DNA from: Nemertoderma westbladi
Lineage: Eukaryota; Animalia; Xenacoelomorpha
Length of the DNA stretch: 32,034 bases
Direction: 5' to 3'
NCBI GenBank assembly: GCA_032718475.1
Contig: JAUCBJ010003789.1
Coordinates: 1-32,034, forward strand
Shown here: piece by piece, positions 1-13,000 of the stretch
Position numbering within the stretch: the stretch's first letter is position 1
Layout: the number at the start of each line of letters is the position of its first letter
The notes under the pieces: generated by a model
The model's input: the letters and a program-made list of their open reading frames with translations, nothing else
The model's database searches: none
Told to the model about the DNA's origin: nothing
Translations under genes and position numbers: made by a program

Positions 1-639
1 TATGCCTCTTAGAAGAGGCTAACAATGAAAAAAATGTGTAACTCCTCTTACATCGTAGTTAGGGCCGGCTTTGTTACAGCCGGTCTCGTTTACCTTAACT
101 TATAGTGCTATATCTTATTGTGCTATATGTTATTCCACCTACCGGTCATTTCACAAACTGAATATATTATTAGCCAATAGAAATAAGCCACCTTTATGTT
201 TGGTATATATACCTATCTGTGTGTGTCATTATGTACTTCTGTTGTATAAACTCATTCTACCTACCTGCATCTGGAGACACATATGTAACTCGTAACACTG
301 TAACAAGTAACCATTAAATGTAACATAAGTAACTTCATTATTATACTTTCCGATTTTCTCAACTATATTGCGGCGAATGTATGACAGGCCGACTTTTCTC
401 GCTCACCCGGCTCTAAACGCAGTTCCGTCATTTCACAATTCATATTTAATGAAATGTAATTTTCAAAAAACGTCTCAAAAAAAGTGCCAAAAGTAGGGTT
501 AAAAAATGGTGCTATAACTCAAAAAGTACCCAATATTTTTGAAAACGGTTTTCACTACTAGGAAGACAATAGATTTTTAGGAAAAGTCATAAAATTTCAG
601 ATTCCCAACTGCGTTTGTTTCAGAATTATAATAAAAAAA

Positions 640-690
640 CCACTTGGGGGGGTCATATTGACCCCCCCCCCCCGGGTTTAATAGGGTTAA
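640..690. mobile_element. Probable terminus of a TTAA-inserting (piggyBac-like) non-autonomous DNA transposon
   Basis: GGGGGGGTCATATTGACCCCCCC palindrome followed by ...TAATAGGG|TTAA (TTAA at 687-690), a TTAA-CCCT type end; partner end not identified in the window. Confidence 0.4.
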
Positions 691-1675
691 AGGTCTAAAA
701 GCGTGAACAAACGAGTTGATTTTTATGCCGGTAAACTAAAAAAACTTCCTTACAATAATTCGTCTGCAGACATCAGCCAATATTATTAATTTGTGTTATG
801 TCCTCTATTTGCACAATTAATCTGGTGACGTCATGGAATTTGGAAAACTGATACATACACGTCGGTTACTGGCACTATGGGGATACAAAAATTGGTACGC
901 AACTTACTATTGGTTGTGGACACATACAGAAGACACACTCACACCCTGTACACTTATTTTCAACAAATCGTGGACAAATGAAGATACCATTTATTCAATA
1001 TCGCATTGGATTTCTCCACTTCCATCCCTTTCCCTTCCTTGGCGATCCCAAACCTGGGAGTTTCCGCCTGCCTTCATTCCAGTCGGTATTCTCCGATCGC
1101 TCACACTATCTGACCGAGCTCCTTGGTTCTTATTGCTGCTTCCTTTGCATCTGTTGCGCCACCCTCAGAAGTTAATGCAGGCTAGTTGGTTTACTTTGTG
1201 ATGAATTGGATCTCATCCTTCTCTTTGCCTTCCCTAATTTGATCTCTCAATCAGCCACCCTATTGTTCGTCCATATGTAACTCCTCTCTCAAATCATATT
1301 ATTGTTTGTGTGTTCTTTATTTTAGTATTGTCAAGATTGTTACTACCGGTAATATTTGTTTATTCCCTATGTAATTTGTTTAGTGGTTGATTTTTAAATA
1401 CACCTGATAGTCAAGGTTTGTTCACCATCCGTTGTTTGTTTTTGCCTGCTTCATCTCCACATATCTTCCTAGTTGCCGATTCGAGTAATTGTTTCCAAAT
1501 TCTATATATTTTTAAAACTAAATTTAAATTACCTATATAATACATAATTCATTCATTTTATTTTCATCCATCAATACTCATTATTTAATACTTAATTATA
1601 AATTTTTCTACCTATTTTTTACCCTGCCCATTTCATCCATATAATATATCCTTTTTTCATACATATTTTTTACAT

Positions 1676-2068
1676 ATGGATATCCCATGAATTAGCCTTT
1701 CAGATAGCTTACTATTAGCTGATCCAGCCCCACAGTCTGTGGAAATGTATGAGTTAGATAGTTTACCCCTACCCAGACATGACATCTATACTTTAAAGCA
1801 CGAAAACTTGCTTACTGACAACATTATCGAAGTAGTGATTCAATCCTTTTGCTTGGACAACCATGCTTTAGGCTAGGATTTTTAATTCTCATTTTATAGA
1901 TATATTCCAAGCCGGATGTTTTGAAAGTGGCAGAATCCTTATTATAGCTGTTCTGTCCCAGATCTAGATAACGATTTCATTAATCAACGTCAGAAATAGC
2001 ATTGGATCCTAGCTGCTTATTCTCCCCCAAGATCTTCCATTTGGATTTTTGACTCTTGCAGGGGCTAA
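1676..2068 (+). pseudogene. Ulp1/SENP-like (peptidase C48) domain remnant
   Basis: One frame (with stops) gives DIYTLKHENLLTDNIIEVVI and HWILAAYSPPRSSIWIFDS (His codon at 2000-2002), matching the C48 'DL..L....WL.D.II' and 'HW.L....I..FDS' motifs; catalytic Q..DCG not found. Confidence 0.55.
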
Positions 2069-3630
2069 AATGCCCATACAATTGATTCTATAAAAATATA
2101 AGCCCTCCTTATGGCCAAAGATTCCAACCGAACTCTCCCTGCTCACTTTACCATATATCCAACCATTAATGGAGAGAATTTAAAAGTTACCAGTGTGGTG
2201 TGTTCTTCATCTAAAATACATGATATCAATGATAAGTCCATCACCTTCTATCGATCATAACATGAAGAGAAAATATCTTCTAAGGTTAACCTAGTTGGGT
2301 CGGCCCAACCCCTTAACCCCCAAGAAACTTTTAGTAGCGATGATCTTGTCACATTAACCAACCATTCCACCTACTTTAGTCGAAAAAACTTAATGCAGAG
2401 CACCAATTTCCTTTAGGGACATCTAGCAATAATAATATTGAAAACCTGAGTACTACGATCCAGATTAAGCCCCCAACCATGTTCGCCCCCTTTGGGCTCA
2501 AGCCCCAAAGGGGAGCTATTAGCATTCCCTTCCCCAACTGCAGCCCCTACCAGGCCAGCTCCTTCTCAAAATTCGATGCAAGGACCCTCAGAAACAAATA
2601 TCCATACCCCTCAATGCCTTGATTGTCCATCCTGCAACAAATCATGCCTAATAAATAGCAGTGGCCAACTTAAGGAAACATAAACACAGTAAAGGATCCC
2701 CCTCTTGCCCAGGAATCAGATCATTGCCTCCTCATTCCAACCAACCGCTAAACCATAGCGCAATGTCCCAGCATAATACCACCCATGAGGTCCCTGACCG
2801 ACCCTGCCATTGCTAGTTTTATCTACTTTAGATGCGCTCCAACTACTTCAGCTCCTGAAAGATTCTAGGTTGAGGATATTAAAGATTATTCCCCAAACTC
2901 ACCCCTTCTGATAATGAATTGCAAGAGAAGCTGCTGGCCGCCATCATCTCCCAGAAACTGGATGAAGGGGATGTTAAGGGGCTGTTCATATAGCCTCATG
3001 TAGTGACAACATCACTCAATGTAACAACCCTTAACAACCCTCAATGTGCTTCGATCAAACATCCAGAATGTCCACAAGATATATCCCAACATGCCTGCCC
3101 GGATACTACACCAATCCTACCTCCTAGTGTCAACTGCAACTATTAAATCCTATATCTAGAGCTTTTAACATGGTACAGCTGCTGGTCTATATAGATTGTG
3201 CCCCGAGCACTTCCAGGATGCTACTTCCAAATGGTCTGGTGATTCAGGCAGGCATCTTGCTATTGTCATCTACCACATCCCTTGTCAATAAATTGCTAGC
3301 TGGTGATGTCCCCCCTCACATATGTCCAATCATTGTTGGTGCTGCTATGCATGCCTTCAACAAGAAGGAAAGGGGGATCAGGCCCATAGTGGTTAGAAAG
3401 ACCTGGTGCCCTTCCCTCCACAACTTAATTTCCTCAGCCCAGCCAGAAGATGTTTTCATTATACTGGACTTCACAAATGCCTCAAGCTGTTGAAATCCAA
3501 CCTTAGAATTCGCTATGTCGATGACATTGGTCTCAAGGGACGAGGTACTGAATGGCTTCATAGCACTTGAGATGCATGCAAAGAAATTGGCCTCATTCCT
3601 ATTGAATGCGAGTGTGAGATTTCCACCTTC
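1676..3630 (+). mobile_element. Degenerate CRE-clade-like non-LTR retrotransposon ORF (Ulp1-like region, C2HC zinc finger, reverse transcriptase), internally deleted and 3'-truncated
   Basis: Manual translation across stops and frameshifts: CPSCNKSC..GQL/RKH..SCPG zinc finger (2624-2714); SQKLDEGDVKG (~2950-2980); GAAMHAFNKKERGIRPIVV and IILDFTNAS (ORF 3170-3493); YVDD at 3514-3525; then KEIGL...CEI. These are CRE-type RT motifs in the expected order. Confidence 0.72.
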
Positions 3631-3635
3631 TGTCA

Positions 3636-3845
3636 ATGACAGATATATTGCCGGCACCACAATATCTTTTAAACGTGATAAGATGCAAATGCAAGGCTGG
3701 GTGCACTTCTCTGTGATGTTCTTGCCGCAAAAATGGCTTGGACTGTTCGACCTCATGCCAAGAATGTCAAGAGCAATGTGCAATGCCAATAATCTGCAGC
3801 AATATATGGTACATCGACAATGGTTTTGATGAGGATGAACTTTGA
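3636..3845 (+). pseudogene. C-terminal tesmin/TSO1-like CXC (cysteine-rich) remnant of an invertebrate DNA-transposon-type protein
   Basis: Frame from 3636: MTDILPAPQYLLNVIRCKCKAGCTSL*CSCRKNGLDCSTSCQECQ, then an acidic tail (DNGFDEDEL*). Confidence 0.65.
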
Positions 3846-3873
3846 AAAATACGTCACAATCATTGTAAATTAG

Positions 3874-4205
3874 TGTAAGCGGATTCAATTCCCTGCACTA
3901 CCCAGCGGAAAATGGGCGAAGTGGCATTTTACCAATTATACTTGGGAAGGTGACATCACCAATAATAATGTCACCTAACAACCAATTTAGGCGATGCACA
4001 TCGCCAGCCACAAAGAAAGTTGAGAGGTCATAAACCATCTCAAAGGGACAAAGGGGCTAGCAGGGCTAGCACATGGGGATAGTGGCAGCAGGGAGTGGCG
4101 AGATGGAAATTAACTAGGTTAGCCACTGATGGGAGGGGAAAACAGGTGATTGGAAAGCATCTATTGGCCAGGCTGCTCAATACAGTAGCAGTAATTAATA
4201 TAAAC
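3874..4205 (+). repeat. 5' LTR (truncated; its 3' half and the PBS are missing)
   Basis: About 95% identical by eye to 13868-~14215; similarity stops after GTAATTAATAT at ~4201. Confidence 0.9.
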
Positions 4206-4236
4206 CGACGCGTCAACATCCAGCTAGAAATAAACT

Positions 4237-6560
4237 ATGACCACAGCCAGCGCCAACATGAGCGAACAACACACACCCCAGGGTTTGGAGAGGGGCGGAA
4301 GTCTGCCGTGAACCCCAAGCGACAGAGACAAAATGATTCGGGAAGCAGCAACGAGGCAGTACCGGCCCGCCACACCGAATTCGCCAACGAGGGACGCTCC
4401 GGTCGTTGAGGAGGAGAGCGGCCGAGTACGAGGAGGAGAAGGGAGTGAGTCAACGCGAGATCGCAGTGGCGAACGAGGTACCAAAGTCGCCAGCCAACCA
4501 ATGGCCGGGGGCGGCGACCTGCCCACCGGAACGGCAATGGTGGGGCCGCAGTACTACGCCAATGGTGGCGTAGTACGGCGCCAGATGAGGAGGGAAGGAT
4601 GAAGAGATCGCCTATGACGAGGGTACAACGCCACCAGGAAGTTGTTGAAGGACGCTAGAGAGGGAGGAAAGGTAGACCAGCCCAAGTTGTACCAGAGACT
4701 AGGTGAGTGCAACAAAAATTTTCACACCCTAGTCCAATTTGGGCAGGGGGAACTAGCAAGTGAGAGGGCGGTGAGGGGGTCGGCACAGAACTGTTTAAAT
4801 TGTGGCAATTCGAGGTGGTTGCGGCTAGTATAGTGTACGTAGGGCCCTATCTAGTAGATGAGAGGGGGATTAAGTTAGTGCGATGGGCGGACCCGCACAA
4901 CGCCGAACCTGAGGTTAACCCCTAAGAGAACGTGAGGAGAGGGAAAAGAATGAACGTAGAGAATGGAAAGAGAAAGAAACGAGTGAGCGCGAAGAGCGGG
5001 AGGCGAGAGAGGCGAATGAGCACAAAGAGCGAGAGATGAGGGAAGAGAACGAGCGCAAATAGCGGGAGACAAGAGAAGTGAACGATCGTAGAGAGCGGGA
5101 GGCGAGGGAGGCAGAGTTGACTGATCAGAGTATTAGAGAGGACAGAGAGAGAGAGAGATAGGGCGGGTAAACGTATGAGGGATGATATGCAAACCTGGTT
5201 GAGGGGGTTAATGCAGTATCAGGCGAAGCAGAAACGCCGATTAGAACTGGCAAAAATGGGTTTATCAGAGAGCGAGGCTGGTTCGGGAAGTATTTATGAG
5301 GAACCGGGGGTGATGGAAACCTTTGTTAATACCCCACTTACAGGTACCGGATGACAGACCCAAAACTGGTGTGACTGGACAGGGGGAGGGGGGGGGGGGG
5401 GGGGTAATGACAATACGTTTAATGAAAACAACGTTAATATTAATAGTACCGTAGTGGATAACCCTAATACTAACGAAACATTTCTTGCAGGAATAATATT
5501 TTGATTAATAATAATGTTGATACTGGTACGGCAAATAATTTAAATAATAATATAACAAATACTAACGGTGAAGAAAATAATTTAAATAATAATGTTAATA
5601 GTGGTGCAATAAATAATCAAATTTGGACAAAACAGGGCAGAAAACGCTCCACAGATGTCGACGGGAAATGCACTCGGTGATTCAACTGAACCAGGGCTCC
5701 CGATGACGAAGGAAAGGGGGGGGGGGGCAGCAGAAGCCCCATGAGCGTCTGCAGAGAATGTGCGCGGTGAGTTAAGTGAACCGTGGCACCCGACGACGGA
5801 GGATAATAGGAGGGCAACGAATATCCTTGAGGCTGTCCAACCGGGCAGAGGGAGGGACATTTGTGCCATAAGTGGCCAAATGAGAAAACATCGAGCCCAC
5901 TCGGAAGACGGAAGGAGAACAGTAGAGTTCATCTGGGAGGTCAATCTAAGACCTCATGATGGAGGACATAATGCTGAAACCAGAAGAAGTGAGGAGGAAC
6001 AAGGAAGTGTTGCTATGGGCAACCAGAAACGTCGAGAGAGGATGAACAGTGAACCGTCGATAGTAGAACTAGAGAGAGAGAGCTGGTGGGGTCGTACTCC
6101 GGGAGATTTCCGTCGCCCCGGAGAAACACAACCTGGCAAAATATACCACACACTGGGAGAGGGGTACAGAGTGTACTGAAAAGTTCAGTAGTATATTGCC
6201 TACCGGATCCTAGTAACGATGTACCATTTTGCCAAATCCAGCAGTATATACGGGCTCGTACAGTATCTGACAATAAATCCCAGTCCAGGGTGTCTAAACA
6301 AACAGATACTAAATACAATAACTACTACTGGTGAGGAACGGAGCCTAATGTCTTTTCTAAAACATGGGCGAGTCAAATGCCCGGGCGAACTAGACAAAAC
6401 AGGATACCCGGCCACTAACCAGTGAGGCAGATAGATGTACAGTCTACAGATACAGACCAAACTCACGGGAAAACAATCCCTGCGCAGCGAATCCTAACTA
6501 TCGCTAATGGACCTAAATACTGTAAACTTGCCATGGTGTGATTTAGATGGTTTATATACG
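4237..6560 (+). pseudogene. Decayed low-complexity/coiled-coil ORF inside the BEL element (extended Gag N-terminus or extra ORF)
   Basis: Purine-rich + strand like gag-pol; ORF pieces 4333-4602 and 4642-4833 share a frame; R/E-rich segment ~4930-5260, N-rich segment ~5405-5620, ORF 5760-6179; no recognisable domain. Confidence 0.45.
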
Positions 6561-7994
6561 AGCTAGTGGATCGATAGAGTAGCGTAACAATACTGCCAAC
6601 AGAAATAAGCAGTCAAAAGGGTGCCCCAAAATACCTCTTATATGCCGTAAAACTAAATATTAAATATTTCCTCAAATTACAAACTACAGAATAGTATAAC
6701 TACAGAATAACTCCTACGGAAAAGTCTATAGTAGTCAGTAGCTAGTGGATCTTAAGACGCGTGTGTGTGTGTGTGTATGTTACGAATAAAACAATTTTGG
6801 TGTATCGCCGATATACTAGGTTTTAGTGATTTTAATCAAAATAACAAAATAGCTAGCTACTCGAATAAGCTAGTCGCATGCTATAGGCTCAATACTTACA
6901 AACTGACGTCAAAGCTCTCTCCTCCTTATCCACAACTCAACCGGGCAATTATGGTGTTAGTAACTACACCCGTTATCGGCACTAATACCAGATTATAATT
7001 GTGAGATAAGAGAATAGGTGTTAATTACTACCGTACGTTAGCTGATCTGGTATACAAATTTATTCTAGAACTTTGTTACTGCGGTGGTTAGCAGTAAATA
7101 CCTATCAGTATGTGGCAAGGGCGCGGTAGGATGTTAGTAACCCTCCCTAGGCCAAATATGTGCCGGTAGCAGAAAGCTGCCTCTTGCCTGATAAAATATT
7201 TTGGACTCAGACAGGGCGGGTAAACTATAAGGGCCTACAAAGTGAACCGGTACTGTACTGTCAGTACTGCAAATCACCAAATTATAGAGCATGTGCAATC
7301 TGCACCTAAAGTGTACTTGCATACTAACGAACAGCAACAGCTCACACCTGTAGGAGATACAGACTGTCTGAATCTGAGATATTTAATCCTAAATTTTACG
7401 GCGTCCCAGGATGGCGTCACGCTTTACCCTGATCTAAGGTCTTACTGCGGGCAAGGGCGTCGAACAAAGTCTTACCTTCCTCTGAAGTGGGTGCTGTATG
7501 GCAAGAGGTCATACTTCGAATGGGTGCGGGCGAAACTAATGTGGGCGCTTAATGTGTTGCGGACATATTTTCACTGTGTTGCTGAGGGCCTAACGGTCTA
7601 GGCAGCCATCCCACAAGTGTTTGGCTGTGCCAAAGGTGGATACGTCAAAAGTACATAGTCAAGAGTTTGCAGTATATTAATGTAATTACAAAGACTTATT
7701 ATTATTAATTTAAACTTTACAAATAACAAAAGGACTAAACTAAAGTAAGAGAGATAAGTAACAAGATTAAAAGTAACTAAACATTAGTTAGGTCAAGGTG
7801 GTAACAGAAGAAATCTAGGCATGGAATCACCAAGAACATTCGATAACATTCCATGGCCGCACATTGGAGCAATAAGTTATTAAGTGCCCTATGATTGGCC
7901 CAACCCATCGTTCCATATGTTGTACGCAGTACGCACCTCATTGGCTTACCTAATTTAATGAAACCGAAAATTTAATAGACCAAAAATGCAAATT

Positions 7995-8072
7995 TCCCGA
8001 CTGAGATTCGAACAACCCCTGACCTACCTAAAATGTAACCAACGCCTTAACCCTAATCTGACCACTGCACCA
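7995..8072 (-). other. tRNA-like Pol III promoter remnant (A box and B box) antisense within the BEL internal region
   Basis: Minus strand TGGTGCAGTGG (8072-8062) ... GTTCGAATC (8013-8005); no intact cloverleaf. Confidence 0.4.
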
Positions 8073-8757
8073 ATAGAATCACAAGTGAACTTATAACTAC
8101 TAATAGGAAGTAGGCATATTACAACTACTACAAATCAAGGCAAAATACGACGGATTTAGAAAGTTTTTACGTGGTACTGTAGATTGCTACATAACAGTGA
8201 AATAATCCAACATATACCGATACGAAGAGGAAAAAGGAGGAAGGGATCGGAGGGAAACTACCCGTCGGAACATAGCTGTCGATCGAGGATATGGTAGTCG
8301 CGGGGAGGAGTTCTCGGAATATTCGAGAAGATTAAACTTCGATCTGGAGGGACACAGGCAGACTGCAGAACATACTGTAGGCCTTACTGCACATACTATA
8401 GGCCATGATGGGAGATATAATGTAGGTGATGGGTAGCGCGAATGCCGGAATTGGACCCGGAGGTAGCGGCATACATACCGGTTAGTAGGCAGGAACCTGA
8501 TATGCCTAATACCGGTACCTGCACACCAGTATGACTATCATATGCAGGAATACAATATATACCCAGGGGAAGGGGGGGGGGTATTGCAGATAGGTGTATG
8601 GGCACCAATATAATGACATCTACCCCAGTACCAAATATAACATCAGTGGGGGGAGGGGGCAGGATGACATTCCCCCATTACAGTATCCGCAATGCACACA
8701 ACCAAAATTAAAAACCCCGACCCCCTCAGATCCAAATAGATCGTGTGACGCGGAGAT

Positions 8758-9905
8758 ATGGAGGGGACCGCTACCCCCGATGATATATCCCACTCAGGGA
8801 AAGTCAGCAAACCGAGAGGCGAAGCACAACCGATACTGAAGGAGCCTGCATCCCTACTGTCGAGTGCACTGGAAGTTCAAGCGATGGGAATGGCAACACT
8901 CATCGACGCGCTGAAAACTAGAATTGAGCTGCCACCCGTAGAGCCTTTCAAGTTTGATGGTAGCAAGCCGGAAGAATATATACAGTTCCGGAGGATGTAT
9001 AGTAATGAGATTTTGACAAAAAATCTCACACAGGCAGAGTGCCTTAAATACCTACAAGTCTATACAGGGGGGGCGGCTTATGACATCGTGAGGCAATACC
9101 AAGGTATTGAAGGAGGATTCACGACCGCATGGAGAGCCCTGGACAGGGAATTTGGCCATCCTGCGAAGATTATCCGACAAACCTTAAGGGAAATAACATC
9201 ATGCAGACTCGCAGATAACCCCATTAGCATCAATACTTTCGCTAATAAAGTAGAGAAAGCGCTAATAGTGTTAAAGACTCTAGATGCACCTTACGAACTC
9301 AATGCATCGAACAACATCACCACGATAGTGCAGGCACAACCAATTTGGCTGAGAAACAAATGGAGAAAGATCGCTTTCTCCACTCGAGAAAAGAAAGGTG
9401 TGGAGCCAGGGTTGGAGGAGATGTCGAACTTCCTTAACTATGAGGCGGAGCTAATAACAGATCCAGTCTACAGTGAGGACAGTCTAGGCAAGGCACCGAA
9501 AACGGAATACAGCTGAATGCACTTCCGAAGGTGATGCAGTCGCTACTGTATGCGGCCACACAGGGGACTTCAAGTCCACAGAGAGCTGTGAGTAGAGCCA
9601 CACCTTGGCAGGGACAGAAACAAAGCAACAACACCAGTATATACAAACCCAACACCCCCAGTAGGCCGAGTCCAAGCAACCAAAACACTAAACCGCTAGA
9701 TATGAATCTAAGCGCAATACGTGATGCGCTATACGAGGAACGCTACAATCCTGATTACAAATGTAAATTGCATAGAAACGGGACCCATAAGACCATAGAC
9801 TGCAAGCATTGACAGGCGTTACTTAAACAAGATTGGATAGCCTACACGGGTAAGAATGGACTATGTCATCGATGCGCGGTAGGAGGACACAGGAAGGATG
9901 AGTGC
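8758..9905 (+). pseudogene. gag: BEL/Pao Gag (DUF1759-like core and zinc knuckles), disrupted
   Basis: KFDGSKPEEYIQF..CLKYLQVYTGGAAYDIV..AWRALDREFG (ORF 8758-9516); CKLHRNGTHKTIDC (~9762-9803); CHRCAVGGHRKDEC (~9864-9905). Confidence 0.85.
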
Positions 9906-10039
9906 CAGGAACCGCCGATCAAATATGGCGAGACTGATGGGACTGGAGGCCAGATGATGGCGACAAGCACAATGGGAGCAAAGAGGACAGGAACGGTGCT
10001 ACTCGGAGTAGTACCAGTGAAAGTAATAGGGAAGAACGA

Positions 10040-13000
10040 GTTATCGGTTACGATGCTAATGCTGGTCGATAGCAGAGCAGCCAGCGTTCACGCTAGCAGA
10101 AAGTTGGGTGGCTGAAAAGATAGGGTTACAGACAAGGCCAAGTAAGATGGCAGTGACCACAATTTCCAGCAAGGATGAGGTCATGAAAATGACGACGGGT
10201 CGATGCGAAATAGCAGTGATAACACCAGGGTGCGACTATGGGGCTACCATCGAACCCATTCAGATAATAGAGTCGATCAACATTAACACCAGGTGACCTA
10301 CACAGATCGAAATCGAGCAATACCGGTACCTGGACTATATCGACTTTTCCGTGCCCGAACTGGACGTCCCGAAAGTATTTCTCATAGTTGGCATGGACTG
10401 CCCGACGGCCCATGAGAGACTACAGACCGTCTTTGGCGAGAATAGGGATCGAGACCCGGTGGCCATTCTCATGCCAGTCGGATGGGCGCTCAGTGGCCCA
10501 ATTAAGACAAGAATCCCATTCAGCGTGTCCAAATCCTCAGGGTGTATGTTCACGGGAACAATGAGGGGAATGGAGGATGGGGGAGCAGAGGAGCAACTCA
10601 AGAGGCTGCTATGGCAGGACTTTGAGGGGCTGAAGGAGGCCAGGGTGGGAACCTCGGTGGAGGACAAGCAGGCGCAGGAGAGCGTCAGGAACTCGATGAA
10701 ATGCGAGGGGGGGCGATATACCATAGGGATGGTAGGGAAGCAGCCGAAGTTGCCCCTACCAGACAATAAAAGGATGGTCTTGATGAGGCTTCGAAAATTA
10801 AAGCAAATGCTTAGACGGAGCCCCGAAAAGAATGAGTACATCCACAAAACCATCAAGAAGTACGTGGATCGAGGATGGGCCGTGGAACTACCAGTGGATG
10901 AACCAAATACCGATAGGACCTACTATTTGCCACTTCATGTGGCTCTGGACCCTAAGAAAGCAAGTTAAGAATGGTGGTCGACGCATCTGCCAAGACAAAC
11001 GGCAAGAGTCTAAATGACTACCTAATGGAAGGCCCCAATAGCTACAACTCGGGGATAGAGGTCCTGTTAAGGTTCAGAAGTGGAAAACAAGCCTTCACGT
11101 GCGACATAGAGGGCATGTTTAACCAAGTGCGAGTGACGGAGGAGGATAGCAATAGTCAGCGCTTCCTGTGGTACAACGGCAACGAAGAACCATTGGAGAT
11201 ACCGATGTACAAAAAGGTAGAGCAGAATATGGGGGCCAAGTTGTCCTCATTTACCACGACTACAGCCGTAAGAGACACGGTGGAGGGCAAAGAGGGGATT
11301 TATAGTGAGAAGGCGATCAACATGATTCGACGCGGGTTCTACGTGGATGATGGGATGGGTTATGGAAACTCGGTTAAAAAGATACTCGATATAGGGCGCG
11401 AAGTCCTGAAGCGAAATCCTGATCCTGAAGGGATCAGGATTCAACCTTACAAAATTCCAGTCCAACAACCGGAGGTAAAGATAGATAAACCCATGACGGT
11501 AAAGGAGCAGATTATGGTGGACAAGAGAATAGAATTGCAGCAGAAGGCACTAGGAATCATATGGAATCGGGAGACAGATGAGTTGGAGTATCAACTAAGT
11601 CAGGATGGTGCCAGGAACCTTACTAAACAAGGCTACGTGTCATACATAGTCAGCATACATATTTAGTCAGCTAGTGAGGGAGGTTAGGGAGGAGCCACCA
11701 TGATAAAAGTCGATAGAGTCGTGTGATAACCCAATGGATAGGTTGCTCAGTTACAGCTCCAGCCTGGTACAAGACGAAGAAGCTAGTAGCATATCTGAGG
11801 ACCTATGGAGAATTCCTTAGGGGAGCTGGTAAGGATACCAAAACGAGACCCACCATTGATCTGGAAGGAGCGACCAAAGCCGTGATACGATACGAGCAAA
11901 GGAAGGGATATGGAGACGAGGTAAACCGCGTCAGCAAACAACAACGCCTTTGTCAAGACAGCATCAGCATTTAAACAACATCAGCCCCGTAATCCTACCA
12001 AAGCCGATAATAATCCCCAATAAATCACCAATAGTCCACCAGATCATATGGGACGCCCATAAGTCCATACTACATGGGGGTACCAACCAGACCATAATGG
12101 AGAATAATGGATAATAATATTCGAAAGATATTCTGGGTAATCCAGCTCAGAAAGATGGTGAAGCCGGTAGTGGGGCAATGCCAGACGTGCCGACGGATGA
12201 AGAAGGAGAGGAACGTACAGGAGATGGCGCCATTGCTGACCAATAGGTTAAAGCATCACGACCCACCATTCACAAACTGCGGCATGGACATGATTGGGTC
12301 GATTAAAATAAAGGTGATGTGGCATATGGAGAAACACTATGGCATTATCTTTGTCTGCAATAATACGAGGGTGGTGGGGATAGAACTAGCTCAGGACGCC
12401 ACATCATCAGCATTTATTAATGCGCTGGAGAGGTTTGTGACCAGCAGAGGAGGAACAGTGGAGATACTATACTCAGACAATGGGACTAACTTCGTGGGCG
12501 TGGAGAACGAGTTAGCGGAGGCCCTTGACATTCTGGAGGGTGAAGATGTCAAGGCGGCGATGAGGAAACACCTAATCAGGTAGGAGAGGAGAACTCCATA
12601 TGCGCCACATACGCTGGGATGTGGGAAGCCAAGGATAGACTTGTGGGTAGCTCCAAACAACTCATGACCAAGCTGATGAATAACCATAACGTCACTGAGG
12701 ACATACTAAGGACAGTGCTGGTGAAATGTGAGGGAATTATCAACAGCTGCCCGCTGTATCCCGAGAATGACGATCCAGAATCGCTGGACGTCCTAACACC
12801 AGCACACCTGCTGATGGAGAGACCAGCGACGATTGACATGCGAAATGTCGATCCAGACGATATACATTTGCATCAAAGCTCGAAGGTGGCTAAGGCGATA
12901 AGTGCAGAGTATTGGAAAAGGTGAATAATCCAAGAGTACCTTCCAACACTACACAAGAGGAGTATATGGAGGAACAACCAGAGGGAGCTAAGGAAGGATG

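Noticed and set aside
833-1201. 122-aa ATG ORF
   Set aside because: No recognisable motif; it runs into pyrimidine-rich sequence that looks like the 5' UTR of the CRE-like element
3316-3888. 190-aa minus-strand ORF, and the overlapping 3515-3829 plus-strand ORF
   Set aside because: Shadow frames over the RT/CXC junction; the recognisable motifs lie in other frames
5382-5404. Long G run (G-quadruplex potential)
   Set aside because: Simple homopolymer expansion in a dead element; no evidence of function
7132-8108. Candidate nested solo LTR (TAGGA|TGTTAGT ... ACTAA|TAGGA)
   Set aside because: The right end lacks the terminal CA, so the boundaries are not convincing
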